Shown here: one piece after another, positions 21,350-32,903 of the stretch
Numbering within the stretch: position 1 is the first letter of the stretch
Layout of the letters: the number at the start of each line of letters is the position of its first letter
Translations under genes and position numbers: made by a program
NCBI GenBank assembly: GCA_963821525.1
Contig: CAWGED010000019.1
Location: 640,001 to 704,000, forward strand
Direction: 5' to 3'
DNA from: an uncultured Gemmatimonadales bacterium
Lineage (GTDB): Bacteria; Gemmatimonadota; Gemmatimonadetes; Gemmatimonadales; GWC2-71-9
Length of the DNA stretch: 64,000 bases
Notes under the pieces: model-generated
Database searches by the model: none
What the model saw: the letters and a program-made list of their open reading frames with translations, nothing else
Told to the model about the DNA's origin: nothing

Positions 21350-21742
21350 TCAGCCGGTCGAGGACCGGCTCCCACCGCGCTGCAGCAACGCCAGTCGCAC
21401 CGCGTCTACCACGAGAGAAAAATCGTCGAGCTTGGAGATCAGTGGCACACCGCGCTGCTCGATCGGCGCGTGGACCTTGGGATCCCGTGCCGCTCCGGTG
21501 AGAAACACCACCCGGTGGAGCAGTTCGGGGACCCGGGAGACCAGCGAATCGTAGAACGCGACCCCGCTTACTTCGGGCATCAGCACATCGCTCACCACGG
21601 CATCCACGTCCCCCGCCTCGACCACGCGCAACGCCTCGGCCCCGGACCCGGCTTCGAGGACCGCAAAGCCGCTGCGCTCGAAATAGCCTCGTAACGCCCG
21701 GCGAATCGACTTCTCGTCGTCAACCACGAGGACGGTGGACAT
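21350..21742 (-). CDS. Single-domain response regulator
   Basis: LVVDDE, SDVLMP, FLTG, K. Confidence 0.9.
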   Translation of the reverse strand: MSTVLVVDDEKSIRRALRGYFERSGFAVLEAGSGAEALRVVEAGDVDAVVSDVLMPEVSGVAFYDSLVSRVPELLHRVVFLTGAARDPKVHAPIEQRGVPLISKLDDFSLVVDAVRLALLQRGGSRSSTG

Positions 21743-21885
21743 GCTTACTATTCAACAAGTTGCGATATGCGGGGTCAAGTAGTTCGATCGGTCTACACCC
21801 TCGTCTGTAGCCCGTCCCGTAAGCGTTCGACCGGCCGGACCGCTCCTACTGCCCCCTCGCCCTGTGGCAGACTAAATTGCCGCCC

Positions 21886-23139
21886 ATGTCGGACATATCG
21901 ATCGTAAAGACAAAGGAAGACGAAGCCTCCAAGTCCCTCCAGGTGACCGTGCCGGTGGATCGGGTTCGCCAGGCGGAGGACAAGGCTCTCAAGTACTACC
22001 GGCAGCGGGCCCGCCTGCCCGGCTTTCGCCAGGGACACGCCCCCGAAGGGGTGGTTCGCAAGCGCTTTGGTGACGCCATCCGGCAGACCGTGCTGGAAGA
22101 GGTGATCCGGGAGAGCTGGGAAGCGGCCCAGACCAGCGAGCAGCTCAAGCCGATCGCCGAGCCGCACATCCACAATCTCAAGTTCGAGACCGGTGGCCCG
22201 ATCGAATTCGAGTTCCACGTCGAGGTCCGTCCCGAGGTTAAGCTCGACCGCACCGGTGGCTTTACCCTGCACCGCCGGGTGCTTCCGGTGACGGATGCGG
22301 AGGTCGAGTCGCGCCTGCGTGACGTACAGGAACAGAAGGCGACCTGGATCCCGGTCGAAGGGCAGAAGCCTTCACCCGGCCAGCAAGTGAGAATCGAAGT
22401 CGCGCCGCTTGAGGGAGAGAACGCCGCCGCCGCGCAGCCCTATGTGATGGTGCTGGGCGAGGGCCGCGCGATCCCCGACGTCGAGGAGCGGGTGATGACG
22501 CTGCTTCCCGGAGAGTCGGTGGATACCGAAGTCCGCTTCCCGGAGGACTTCTCGGATGAATCCCGCCGCGGCCAGACTCGCAAGGTGCGCATCGCGCTGC
22601 ACGAGGTGAAACGGCAGGAGTTACCGGCCCTGGACGACAGCTTCGCGCGGGAAGTGGGAGACTTCGAAAGTCTCGATGCGCTGCGGGCCGCCATCCGGAC
22701 CGATCTGGAGCGGGACGCGCAGCAGACCGCCGATCAGTCCGTACGTCAGGACCTGGTTCGCCAGCTGATCGAGGCTAACGGAATCACCGCCCCCGGTTCG
22801 TTGGTGGACCGGTTGATTCAGGGATACGGTCAGGCCTACCAGATTGATCAGGCCCGTCTCGGGGACTTCGCCAATGAATTCCGTCCCATGGCGGAGTCCC
22901 AGGTAAAGCGGGACTTATTGCTCGACACCGTGGTGGAAAGCGAAAAACTGGCAGCCACCGAGGCGGATATCGATGGTCGGGTTGCGGCGATGGCCCAGGC
23001 ACGGGGGTTGCCGGTCGGACAGTTGTACGCCCAGCTGGAGAAGGCCAACCGGCTGCGGGAACTGGAGCGTGGGATCACCGAGGAGAAGGCGTTCGCCTGG
23101 CTCCTCCAGCAAAGCACCATTGAGGAGAGCGCGAATTGA
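21886..23139 (+). CDS. tig: Trigger factor
   Basis: [10 protein letters not shown] ribosome-binding motif, FKBP-like domain, position before clpP. Confidence 0.95.
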   Translation: MSDISIVKTKEDEASKSLQVTVPVDRVRQAEDKALKYYRQRARLPGFRQGHAPEGVVRKRFGDAIRQTVLEEVIRESWEAAQTSEQLKPIAEPHIHNLKFETGGPIEFEFHVEVRPEVKLDRTGGFTLHRRVLPVTDAEVESRLRDVQEQKATWIPVEGQKPSPGQQVRIEVAPLEGENAAAAQPYVMVLGEGRAIPDVEERVMTLLPGESVDTEVRFPEDFSDESRRGQTRKVRIALHEVKRQELPALDDSFAREVGDFESLDALRAAIRTDLERDAQQTADQSVRQDLVRQLIEANGITAPGSLVDRLIQGYGQAYQIDQARLGDFANEFRPMAESQVKRDLLLDTVVESEKLAATEADIDGRVAAMAQARGLPVGQLYAQLEKANRLRELERGITEEKAFAWLLQQSTIEESAN

Positions 23140-23141
23140 CG

Positions 23142-23756
23142 ATGTCAACTCTCTATCCGCCGTATGTGATTGAACGGTCGAGCCGCGGGGAGCGGTCCTA
23201 CGATATCTTCTCCCGGCTGCTGATGGATCGGATCGTTTTCATGGGAGCGCCGATCAACGACGATGTGGCCAATATCGTGATCGCGCAGCTGCTCTTCCTG
23301 GAAGCGGACAATCCCGAGCGGGACATCTATCTCTACATCAACTCGCCGGGCGGTGTCGTCTCGAGCGGCCTCGCGATCTACGACACGATGCAGTACCTCA
23401 AGGCGCCGATCAATACCATCTGCATGGGGATGGCGGCCTCGATGGGCTCGTTCCTGCTGGCGGCGGGACTCAAGGGCAAGCGGAGCGCCCTGCCCCACTC
23501 CCGTATCATGATTCACCAGCCCTCGGGCGGTGCGCAGGGGACCGCGGCCGACATCGAGATCCAGGCGCGCGAGATCCTCTATCTCCGTTCGAAGCTGAAC
23601 GGCCTGTACGCCCAGCACACCGGCCAGGCCATCGAGACCATCGAACGGGACATGGATCGCGACCGCTTCATGAGCGCCGAGGAGGCGAAGGAGTACGGGA
23701 TCATCGACAGCGTAATCACCAAGCATACCGAGATTCAGCCGGCCAAGAACCCTTGA
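23142..23756 (+). CDS. clpP: ATP-dependent Clp protease proteolytic subunit
   Basis: [37 protein letters not shown]. Confidence 0.98.
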   Translation: MSTLYPPYVIERSSRGERSYDIFSRLLMDRIVFMGAPINDDVANIVIAQLLFLEADNPERDIYLYINSPGGVVSSGLAIYDTMQYLKAPINTICMGMAASMGSFLLAAGLKGKRSALPHSRIMIHQPSGGAQGTAADIEIQAREILYLRSKLNGLYAQHTGQAIETIERDMDRDRFMSAEEAKEYGIIDSVITKHTEIQPAKNP

Positions 23757-23828
23757 CGCTCCCCCGGAGCCGGGGCACCTTTTGACTGTCTTCCCCGGCT
23801 CCCTTTCACCTTAGACCGCGGTTGGTAC

Positions 23829-25075
<1,247 letters not shown>

Positions 25076-25156
25076 GGCGAACAGGGCGAACACGGCGAAC
25101 GAGGCGGGCGTGATGGACGTCATGCCCGCCATGATCGCCCCGCCCGCCCCGACCGC
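25076..25156. repeat. Period-9 array with central hairpin
   Basis: GGCGAACAG GGCGAACAC GGCGAACGA GGCGGGCGT ... CATGCCCGC CATGATCGC CCCGCCCGC CCCGACCGC. Confidence 0.75.
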
Positions 25157-25157
25157 C

Positions 25158-25766
25158 ATGCACCGATCCTCCCCGCTTGCCCAGCTTCCCATCGACTTCC
25201 TCGGCAGCTTCCCCGACCCCCAGGTCCGGCTCGAGCCGCCGCTTCCTGAAATAGCATTTCTTGGCCGCTCCAACGTCGGCAAATCGAGCCTGCTGAACGC
25301 GCTCGTCGGCCGGCGAAATCTGGCGCGGGTGAGCGGGTCGCCCGGAAAGACCACGTTGCTGAACGTGTTCCGGCTGCCCTCGCTCTATCTGATCGACCTG
25401 CCGGGCTACGGCTATGCCCGGGCTTCGCACAGCGATCGGGCGGGATTTGCGAAGTTGATCAAGGGCGTGCTGACTCGCCGGACGAGCTTGACCGGCTTGG
25501 TTTGGCTGCTCGACATCCGGCACTCTCCGTCGAAGGAAGACGTAGAGTACAGCCACCTGCTCGCCGAGCGGGGCATTCCGCTTCTGGTCGCCCTCACCAA
25601 GGCGGACAAGCTCGGCCGCGCAGCCCGCGGAGAGCGGTTGCGGGAGTTGGCGAAGGCGCTGGAGGTTCCGGAGGAGCAGTTCGAGCCTACCAGCAGCAGC
25701 ACCGGACTCGGCATTGCGGAGCTGGGCGAGAGCGTTCTCGCCGCGACGGCCACGGAGGCACGATGA
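25158..25766 (+). CDS. engB: Ribosome biogenesis GTPase YihA/YsxC
   Basis: [25 protein letters not shown]. Confidence 0.95.
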   Translation: MHRSSPLAQLPIDFLGSFPDPQVRLEPPLPEIAFLGRSNVGKSSLLNALVGRRNLARVSGSPGKTTLLNVFRLPSLYLIDLPGYGYARASHSDRAGFAKLIKGVLTRRTSLTGLVWLLDIRHSPSKEDVEYSHLLAERGIPLLVALTKADKLGRAARGERLRELAKALEVPEEQFEPTSSSTGLGIAELGESVLAATATEAR

Positions 25767-26405
25767 ACAAGGCTTGGTTAGTGATCGCAATAGCCCTGAC
25801 GATGGCCTGCGCCGGCGCTTCCCACGCCCAGAGCGGCGAAATGAGCGTCGCCGGGGGCGACCTTCCCCCACCCGGCTACGGCACTCTGAGCCAGGACGAC
25901 ATCTCGATCCGCTTCAACGCGGGAGACATCGATATCCGCATGGTGCCGCTGGACCAGCGGGTGATGCGGCTGCTGGGCCCCGACGTCTACGCCTCGCTCA
26001 ACAAGCTCACGATAGACCGCGACGCTTCGATCGATTCTGTGGCCGCGCTGGGCGGAGCCTCGGATCCTGGATTGATGCTGGTGAGTTTCTTCGGACGACG
26101 GGACGGAGTGCGCTTCGAGCCACTCAACGTCTTCCTGGTAATCCGCAATCAGACTTACCCAGCCGATCGGCATGGTCCCCTTCACCGCCAGCATCACCAA
26201 CCGGCAGCTCGACACCCGGCAACAGGCCTCTGCGATCATGGTTTACAACACGCCGATTCCGGTTTACGAAAGCTTCGGCGTCGCCTACGGCGTCATCGTG
26301 GTGCCAGGCGCCTGGAGCAACCAGCTCTCCAAGGTGCAACGGGAACGCACTCGCGTCATGACAAAGGTGAGGCAGGGACAGGTGGATAGCGCGAAGGCGC
26401 CGTGA
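25763..26405 (+). CDS. Secreted hypothetical protein (frameshift near 26160)
   Basis: ATGA overlap with engB stop; signal peptide [16 protein letters not shown]; continues in ORF 26172-26405. Confidence 0.6.
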
Positions 26406-26409
26406 GGAA

Positions 26410-26631
26410 AGCGGGGAACGGGAACAGGGAACGGGGGGGAAAGGTTACGAGCTACACCAGCACCTCATCCCGAGAGCCTGCCCCGAGCGCAGCGAGGGGA
26501 GCGTAGCGACGAGGGACCTACTAACCGAGCCATTGCGCATTGGCCAGGACAGTAGGTCCCTCGCTGCGCTCGGGATGAGGTGCTCCTAATACTTGTCCGG
26601 TCTCCCTTTTCCCCCTCAGTCCTCGGTCCTT
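26410..26631. repeat. Composite element: GGGAAC arm, REP-like palindrome (26459-26584) with a nested unit, pyrimidine arm
   Basis: Perfect 16-bp IR AGCACCTCATCCCGAG / CTCGGGATGAGGTGCT; inner IR CGAGGGACCTACT / AGTAGGTCCCTCG. Confidence 0.85.
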
Positions 26632-27607
26632 TCAACTTCTCGCTGAGGTTCCCCACCACCTCTCCACTCCCTCGAACGTCCTCCCCGCCACCAGCATCGC
26701 CGTCGACAGCACGTCCGCCTCGATTCCGCTGCGAGCCTCGACACTCACCTGCACCATGCGATCCGCGGGATAACCGGTCGCAGGATCCATCACGTGGCCG
26801 CGGACTACGGCACCGTAGCGAATCACCGACATCGTGTTGGCGCTGGTCGCGAGCGCGCGGTCCCGCAGGACACCGGCGGGCCGGGAAGCCCCTGAGCCGG
26901 TCGGATCGGCCAGATCCACCCGCCAGCCTTCCTGACCCGGCGGCGCGCCCAACGCGATGCAATCACCGCTCACATCGATGAAGGCTCGCTCGACTCCGCG
27001 GGCCCGTAGCACACTCGCCGCCCGGTCCAGACCATAGCCCACTCCGATCCCGCCGAGGTCGAGCTGAGTCACGGCGGAGGGAAGTGTCACTCGGTCTCCA
27101 TCGATCAGCATCACACTGGCTCGTACCGCCTTCTCCGCTTCCCGGAGCTCCATCGCGCCGGGCGGCGCTTTCCTCGGCTCACGGAAACCCCAGACCCGCA
27201 TCAACGGCTCGACTCGCGATATTGAATGCCCCGCCCGTCGAGCGTCGAGCACGAGCCGCGGCGCTGAGCACCTCGAGCAGGTCCCCATCCACCTTCATCG
27301 CCGACTTCCCGGCGTGACGGTTCATCTCGGAGAGGTCGCTCGCGTCATCGAACCGGGAGAGCCGGCCTTCGACGCGACGCAGCTCCGCCAGGGCCAGAGC
27401 GGCGGCTTCAAGGCCGGCAGCCTCGGACTCGTGGAAGAGCATCAGGTGAACCGGCTGTCCCATGGCCCAGGACCAGCGTTCTACCAGGCGGGAAGGCGGG
27501 GAGGCGGGAAGGCGGGAAGAAGCGCTCATCAGACCGGCCGACCGACCGCCTGACTGACCGACCGCCATCACCGCCCCCAGCATCGACACGAAGTCCCGGC
27601 GGTTCAC
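26632..27607 (-). CDS. apbE: FAD:protein FMN transferase with Tat-like signal (frameshift near 27215)
   Basis: NRRDF, AMG, LSRF...SDLS.MN, TGGAFNI, LDLGGIG.GY..D, ATSA, HVMDPATG, AD.LSTA. Confidence 0.9.
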
Positions 27608-28110
27608 TTCTGTTCCACCAGGTGGAGTTCGGTGAGAATCAGCCAGCTCTGCAGGTAGAAGGTGATCGCCATGGCCGTGCTGGAGAGCTCCAGCAGCCAG
27701 CTGAACCGCGGATCAACGTAGCGTACCAGCCAAAGCGAGCTGAACGACACCAGCAGGGCCACGAATGGCTCGACGATCAGAAAGCGCCTCAAACGGGGCG
27801 AGAGCCGGGAGCAGAGAGCTACTCCCAGGCCCGAGAACGCAAAAATCACCGCCATGCTCAGAATGTGCGTGTGGGTCAACGTGAGCATCTCGGCGTACGA
27901 CTTGGCAAACTGCATCGCCCCTTCGGCCGCGGTACTGTCGGACCCGCGGTACCGGTCGCTGATCCCCGAGGGCGCCATGTGGGTCGTGTGCAGGACGAAA
28001 AGCAGGGCCGTGGTGTAGCCCACCACCTGAACGATGGTGAGCCACCGGGCCACGCTGCGGAATGGCGGTGGGACATCGCGCCAGAGATACTCGATGTTCC
28101 TGGAATTCAT
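27604..28110 (-). CDS. Uncharacterised 4-TM membrane protein
   Basis: Four hydrophobic segments, LTHTH motif; start and stop overlap both neighbours. Confidence 0.75.
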   Translation of the reverse strand: MNSRNIEYLWRDVPPPFRSVARWLTIVQVVGYTTALLFVLHTTHMAPSGISDRYRGSDSTAAEGAMQFAKSYAEMLTLTHTHILSMAVIFAFSGLGVALCSRLSPRLRRFLIVEPFVALLVSFSSLWLVRYVDPRFSWLLELSSTAMAITFYLQSWLILTELHLVEQK

Positions 28111-28589
28111 TGGAGTTTGCCCGCCGCGTGCCACGCGGTGAGATCGGCGACCGCCTTGCGGACGGCCAGGGTGACGGAATTCACGCTGATCGTTGCTCCC
28201 GAGATGGACCGAATGTCCTTCCCGACTTCCATGGGATCCTGCGCCGTCTTCCCCCGGAATTGCTTGCGCCACGAGTCGTACGCCACCTCGCCGCCGTAGG
28301 GCTCGCGGTAGACCAGGATATCAACGTCCTTCAGGTGATCACCCGGATCCACCGCGACCAGAAACGTGATGGGCTGGTCCTTCCCCTTCACATTCCGCAC
28401 GACGGCATACCCCAGCAACGAATCGGCCCGCTCGACCCGAAGCACCGGCGCATCATCCACCTTGACGGTGTCGGCGCGGGCTCCATCCCCGAACACCCGG
28501 GCGAGACTCGCCTGGAGCTTCTTGGCGGGGGCGTCCTGAGCGGTGAGAGGTGAGAAGTGAGACGTGAGAAGGACAAGACTCACCGCCAC
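28107..28589 (-). CDS. Secreted FMN-binding (flavinylated) domain protein; exact start uncertain
   Basis: GKDQPI.FLVAV, YREPYGGEV, W.KQF.GK, flavinylation motif ISGATIS. Confidence 0.88.
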   Translation of the reverse strand: MAVSLVLLTSHFSPLTAQDAPAKKLQASLARVFGDGARADTVKVDDAPVLRVERADSLLGYAVVRNVKGKDQPITFLVAVDPGDHLKDVDILVYREPYGGEVAYDSWRKQFRGKTAQDPMEVGKDIRSISGATISVNSVTLAVRKAVADLTAWHAAGKLQ

Positions 28590-28680
28590 GAATCGGCGCG
28601 CATAGAAGGCGATTCACGGGTTACTCGTCATTGGCGATTCCTCGTGTTTCCTCTCACCTCTCACGCTCTCACGTCTCACG
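28542..28680. repeat. Inverted heptamer arrays (nGTGAGA)x4 / (TCTCACn)x4
   Basis: Arms 28542-28569 (in coding sequence) and 28652-28680 (intergenic). Confidence 0.9.
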
Positions 28681-29808
28681 TCAAAACTGGTATCCAACCC
28701 CCAGCGCCAACACCTCGTTCTCCCCTGCTCCGGCCTGATTGTCGCGTAGCTGGTAGTCGGCCTTGAAGGCAACATTCCAGAGCGGCTTGTACGTCAGGCC
28801 AAAGGTGGTGATCCGGCGAGCAAGCGTGGCATCGTCCGGCGTGCCGGCAGCTGCCTTGGCCTGGGTATCGTAGTGATCGTACCGCACAAACGCGTTGAGG
28901 CGCTGGCTCGATTTGGGAGCGAGGAGCCCGAGCAGATTGTATCCGCCCTCGACGTAGCCACCGGCGATCCGTCGGCCGACGCCCTGTCCGTAGACCGCGT
29001 TGATCTTGTCGGCGTCGTAGACCTCGATGGTGCCTCCCACCGCGCGCAGCATGAAGGGCCCGTTGTCCCAGCGGGCGTCACCCATCAGCACCAGAACGGG
29101 AGCGTCGAATGCGCCGGTGCCGAGTCCGGGAACCTGGTTGGCCGTGCCACCATACCAGAACGAACCGCCGACCTTGAGACCCGCCTGGGCATACTCCACC
29201 CGTCCGGTGAACGAAGGATTGGCGAAGCTCGCCTCTTTCCCCTCCTGGCGTCCCTCACGAATGCCTTGTTCCGCCGTGAACCCCTCGGCCTTGAGCCCAT
29301 TCACCAGGAAGACCCGGTAACTGAGCCCGTTGACTCCCGGAATCTGGCCGACGGCGCCGACGCCGATGTCACGCCAAGTGGTGGGAATGACATCGTTGTC
29401 GAAGTCGGGCCGCTCGACTCCATTGAAGCTGGGTGGCTCGTGGGTCTCGTTGATGATGCCGATCGGCGGAAGCAGGAGTCCGGTCCGCAGCGTGAATGCG
29501 TTGGAGAAACGGTAATCCAGATACGCCTGCTCGAGTGCAACCTCGCCGCCCGATTCTCCGCCTTCGATCTTGGTGTCCTCCAACTCCAGCTCGGAGTGCA
29601 GGGTGATCCGCTCGTTGAACGCGTAGCCGGCGTAGATCACGAATCGCTTCACGTTCACCAAGCCGGGTGTGTCGGGCCCGGTGGAGTTGGAGTAGTGGAC
29701 CTCCCCGTACCCGCCGATGGTGAGTTTGCCGGCTTCGTCCTGCGCGGAGAGCTGGGCAACGGGGAGTAGACACAGGCCAACCGCCCCGATGCGGACAATC
29801 AAGTTCAT
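28681..29808 (-). CDS. Outer-membrane porin-like beta-barrel
   Basis: Signal peptide, IGGYGEVHY, SELELE, ALEQAY, N.THEP.SFNGVERP, terminal GVGYQF. Confidence 0.8.
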   Translation of the reverse strand: MNLIVRIGAVGLCLLPVAQLSAQDEAGKLTIGGYGEVHYSNSTGPDTPGLVNVKRFVIYAGYAFNERITLHSELELEDTKIEGGESGGEVALEQAYLDYRFSNAFTLRTGLLLPPIGIINETHEPPSFNGVERPDFDNDVIPTTWRDIGVGAVGQIPGVNGLSYRVFLVNGLKAEGFTAEQGIREGRQEGKEASFANPSFTGRVEYAQAGLKVGGSFWYGGTANQVPGLGTGAFDAPVLVLMGDARWDNGPFMLRAVGGTIEVYDADKINAVYGQGVGRRIAGGYVEGGYNLLGLLAPKSSQRLNAFVRYDHYDTQAKAAAGTPDDATLARRITTFGLTYKPLWNVAFKADYQLRDNQAGAGENEVLALGVGYQF

Positions 29809-29831
29809 GAGTGACAAGGGGAAAGATTAGT

Positions 29832-29846
29832 TGAGAATGATTATCA
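29832..29846. promoter_or_regulatory. Fur-box-like 7-1-7 inverted repeat
   Basis: TGAGAAT-G-ATTATCA, one mismatch from TGATAAT-N-ATTATCA, in an AT-rich patch just upstream of the porin start. Confidence 0.8.
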
Positions 29847-29970
29847 GATAGAACTCTGACTAGTTTAGTCCCCTTTTGCGAGTTCGTCAACCAGATTTCC
29901 CCTTAGTACCACGGTTCACGTTTCCTCGGACAGGCCGAACCGCTAGACTCTGTTGAATCCCGGAGGATGT

Positions 29971-30822
29971 ATGGCCTACCTGCCCCTGCGCGGAGTCGAA
30001 CTCGCGGCCCCCGCCGCCCGCGTGTACGACGAATGGCTTGCCGCACTCGACGCCGATCTGTCTGCGCCCGGCGCCGACTGGTACCGGATCGCTCGGGACG
30101 TGCTGTTCGAGATCTGGTATCCCGGCCATTCGGACTACGACGGCATGGTCGCCGATGCGAAGCTCCCTGCAGCGAGCCGCATCGCGCTGCTCGGCCTGGA
30201 TCCGCACAACATCACGCTCGAGCCCGAGTACTACGGCGATGTTGACGCGCCGCGCTTTGCCCGGGTGAAACCGCTGCTTTGGCTTTGGTACTCCTTCGAT
30301 CGCTCTCCGCTGGGAGGACAGCACGTCTATCTCGGCCTCCGGTTCCGCCGCCTCCTGGCGCCTCGGATTTTTGCCCGCTGCGGAGAGAACTTCAAATGCT
30401 TCCAGCACGTCGAGTTCTCCTATGGATACAGCCTGGAGGTGGGGGACAACGTGGTGGTTCACCGTCACGTGCTGCTGGACGACCGCGGTGGGCTCACCCT
30501 GGGCAACCGGGTCAGCATCTCGGATTACGCCAACATCTACAGTCACACCCACAGCATCGTGGAGCAGCGCGAAGTGACTAACGCCCCCACCGTGATCGAG
30601 GACGACGTGCGCATCACCTACCACGCCACGGTGCTGGCGGGAGTCCGGGTGAAGGCCAACGCCATGGTGGGCGCCATGGCCCTCGCCACCAAGGACGTCA
30701 GGTCCTATCACGTGAACGTCGGGATTCCCGCCAAATCGGTTCGGGTCAAGCCGAATGCACCACCAGAGGCGTATGTGACCGAACGGGTTGGGGGCCGGCA
30801 TCCCGGGGAGCCACCTCGCTGA
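29971..30822 (+). CDS. Hexapeptide-repeat acyltransferase
   Basis: VGDNVVV, LGNRVSI, IEDDVRI, V.ANAMVGA, GIPAK; GGAGG RBS. Confidence 0.85.
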   Translation: MAYLPLRGVELAAPAARVYDEWLAALDADLSAPGADWYRIARDVLFEIWYPGHSDYDGMVADAKLPAASRIALLGLDPHNITLEPEYYGDVDAPRFARVKPLLWLWYSFDRSPLGGQHVYLGLRFRRLLAPRIFARCGENFKCFQHVEFSYGYSLEVGDNVVVHRHVLLDDRGGLTLGNRVSISDYANIYSHTHSIVEQREVTNAPTVIEDDVRITYHATVLAGVRVKANAMVGAMALATKDVRSYHVNVGIPAKSVRVKPNAPPEAYVTERVGGRHPGEPPR

Positions 30823-32903
30823 CCGCGGGCATTCTCGCTCTTCTGCTCCTGGTCGTCGCACTGGGACTCGCCGTTTCCCTGGTGCGATCGCGCCGGCGTT
30901 CCTTGGCACTGGAGCAGGACCGGAGCCAGCTCGCCCTCCAGCTCGACCGCCGCATCAACGAGATCTTCTCGCTTCAGGAATTGAGCTACGTGCTGGCCGA
31001 GTCGCTCCAGCTCGAGCGAGTGGCCGAGCAGGTGGTGCGCTACACCATGCGGTTCCTCCAGGCCGACGGTGCCATCGTGATCCTGGCGGCGGAGGATGGC
31101 AGCAGCCTGATGGTGGCCGGCGCCGAGGGTTCGTTATCCGCTCTCAGTGGCCAACGACTCGCCGCCGATGACGCGACACTGGTGATGCGGGCGCTGCAGA
31201 ACGAGCGGATCGAAGTCGAGCAGGATGTCTCGGGAGAGGGTGTCCTCCTGATCGGCGATGCCAGGGCCCAAATCGCCGCGGCCGCTCCGCTCCGCGCCCA
31301 TGGATTTGCGATGGGCGCTCTCGCGGTGGCGGGCCACCGTTCGGGCAGCTTCGGCCCCGAGGATCTCTGGCTCCTGTCTACTGTGGCGACGCATGTCGCC
31401 GTGGTGATGGCCAACAGCCGGCTCTTCGAAATGGTGCGGCAGGCGAAAGAGGAGTGGGAAACCGCGTTCAACTCACTCGCCGAAGGCATCGCCGTGGTTG
31501 ATGAGAAGGGCCGGATCAGTCGCGCCAATCGTGCCTTCGCGCGGATGCTCGATTCCCCTCTCCCTACCCTGATCGGCCGGAACTTCTGGCCGACCGTGGT
31601 CGGAGACAGCGAAGGGCCCGGCGATCTCTTCGCCGCCGCGAGCCGGGGAGAACGACCCTCGCCGGTCATGGTCCGGAGCGAGGTGCTCCACCGGATGCTG
31701 CGACTCACCGCGGCTCCACTTTCCGAGCCGCTGGACGGCACGGCGACCGTCATCCTCATCGAGGATGTGACGGAGCAACGGGCGCTCGAGGCCCAGCTCA
31801 TTCAGAACGAAAAGCTGGCGGCGGTGGGGCAGCTGGTCTCCGGCGTCGCCCACGAGCTCAACAACCCGCTCACCTCGATCGCGGGACTGTCGGAGTTCCT
31901 GCTCGAGCGAAAAGATCTCCGGGCGAGCGACCGGGAGCACCTGCGGGTGGTGCACGAGCAGGCCGCGCGTGCCGGACTCATCGTACAGAATCTGCTGACC
32001 TTCGCCCGGAAGGAGACGCCCGAGCCGGCCGGGGTGGACTTGAACACCGTGGTGGAACGCACCGCGTTGCTCGTGGCCTACGACCTCCGGCTCCGCGGCA
32101 TCGAGCTGGACCAGAAGTTGAGCACCGAAGAGATCAGCGTGAAGGGAAACCGCTACGAGCTGCAGCAGGTGCTGCTGAACCTGCTGACCAATGCGACCCA
32201 CGCGATCTCCAAGCTGCACCCTGACGCGGCGCGCCGAATCACCGTCGAGACATTGAGGGATGGCACCCAGGCGGTGCTCCGGGTACGGGATACCGGGCCC
32301 GGCGTGCCGCAGCAGCTCGTCTCCCAGCTCTTTACCCCGTTCTTCACCACCAAGGACCCGGGCGAGGGAACCGGGTTGGGCCTCTCGATCAGTTACGGGA
32401 TCGTCGAGTCACACGGCGGCCGCCTGAGCTATGCGCCTGCTGTTGGTGGGGGAGCCGAATTCACCGTCTCACTTCCCCACGTGCCTCATGGGGGAGAAGC
32501 GCCGGCGGTTCAGCCCGCGGGCCTCGAAGGGCTGCCTCGGGGGAAGGCTGGGCGCTCCATTCTCGTCGTGGATTCGGACCGGGCAGTCCATCGCACGGCG
32601 GTGGCACTCTTCGGCATGGCTGGTCATCGCGTGGTCAGCGTGCTGACCGGCGACGAAGCGATGCCGCTCGCGCAGGAAGGGGAGTATGACCTGGTGCTGG
32701 CCGATTCTCGCGCGACGATGAAGGGGGAAGGATTCGTGACCCACCTGCTGGCCGCGCGACCCGGGTGGAAGAGCCGGGTGGTTCTCACCGTCCCGGCCGA
32801 TACCAGTTCGGTCCAGCTGCAACGCGAGGGATTCAGAGTCGTGGAGCGGCCGATCACCGTCCGCCAGCTGAGCGCCGCGGCGCAGGCACTGCTCGAGGGC
32901 TAG
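30819..32903 (+). CDS. Hybrid sensor histidine kinase (TM-GAF-PAS-HisKA-HATPase-degenerate REC); start uncertain
   Basis: [28 protein letters not shown]; frame open upstream of GTG 30882 with a TM helix from 30819. Confidence 0.9.
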   Translation: MTAGILALLLLVVALGLAVSLVRSRRRSLALEQDRSQLALQLDRRINEIFSLQELSYVLAESLQLERVAEQVVRYTMRFLQADGAIVILAAEDGSSLMVAGAEGSLSALSGQRLAADDATLVMRALQNERIEVEQDVSGEGVLLIGDARAQIAAAAPLRAHGFAMGALAVAGHRSGSFGPEDLWLLSTVATHVAVVMANSRLFEMVRQAKEEWETAFNSLAEGIAVVDEKGRISRANRAFARMLDSPLPTLIGRNFWPTVVGDSEGPGDLFAAASRGERPSPVMVRSEVLHRMLRLTAAPLSEPLDGTATVILIEDVTEQRALEAQLIQNEKLAAVGQLVSGVAHELNNPLTSIAGLSEFLLERKDLRASDREHLRVVHEQAARAGLIVQNLLTFARKETPEPAGVDLNTVVERTALLVAYDLRLRGIELDQKLSTEEISVKGNRYELQQVLLNLLTNATHAISKLHPDAARRITVETLRDGTQAVLRVRDTGPGVPQQLVSQLFTPFFTTKDPGEGTGLGLSISYGIVESHGGRLSYAPAVGGGAEFTVSLPHVPHGGEAPAVQPAGLEGLPRGKAGRSILVVDSDRAVHRTAVALFGMAGHRVVSVLTGDEAMPLAQEGEYDLVLADSRATMKGEGFVTHLLAARPGWKSRVVLTVPADTSSVQLQREGFRVVERPITVRQLSAAAQALLEG

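Noticed and set aside
18304..21885. Integrase or prophage at tRNA-Leu
   Set aside because: No recombinase or phage-like ORF recognised
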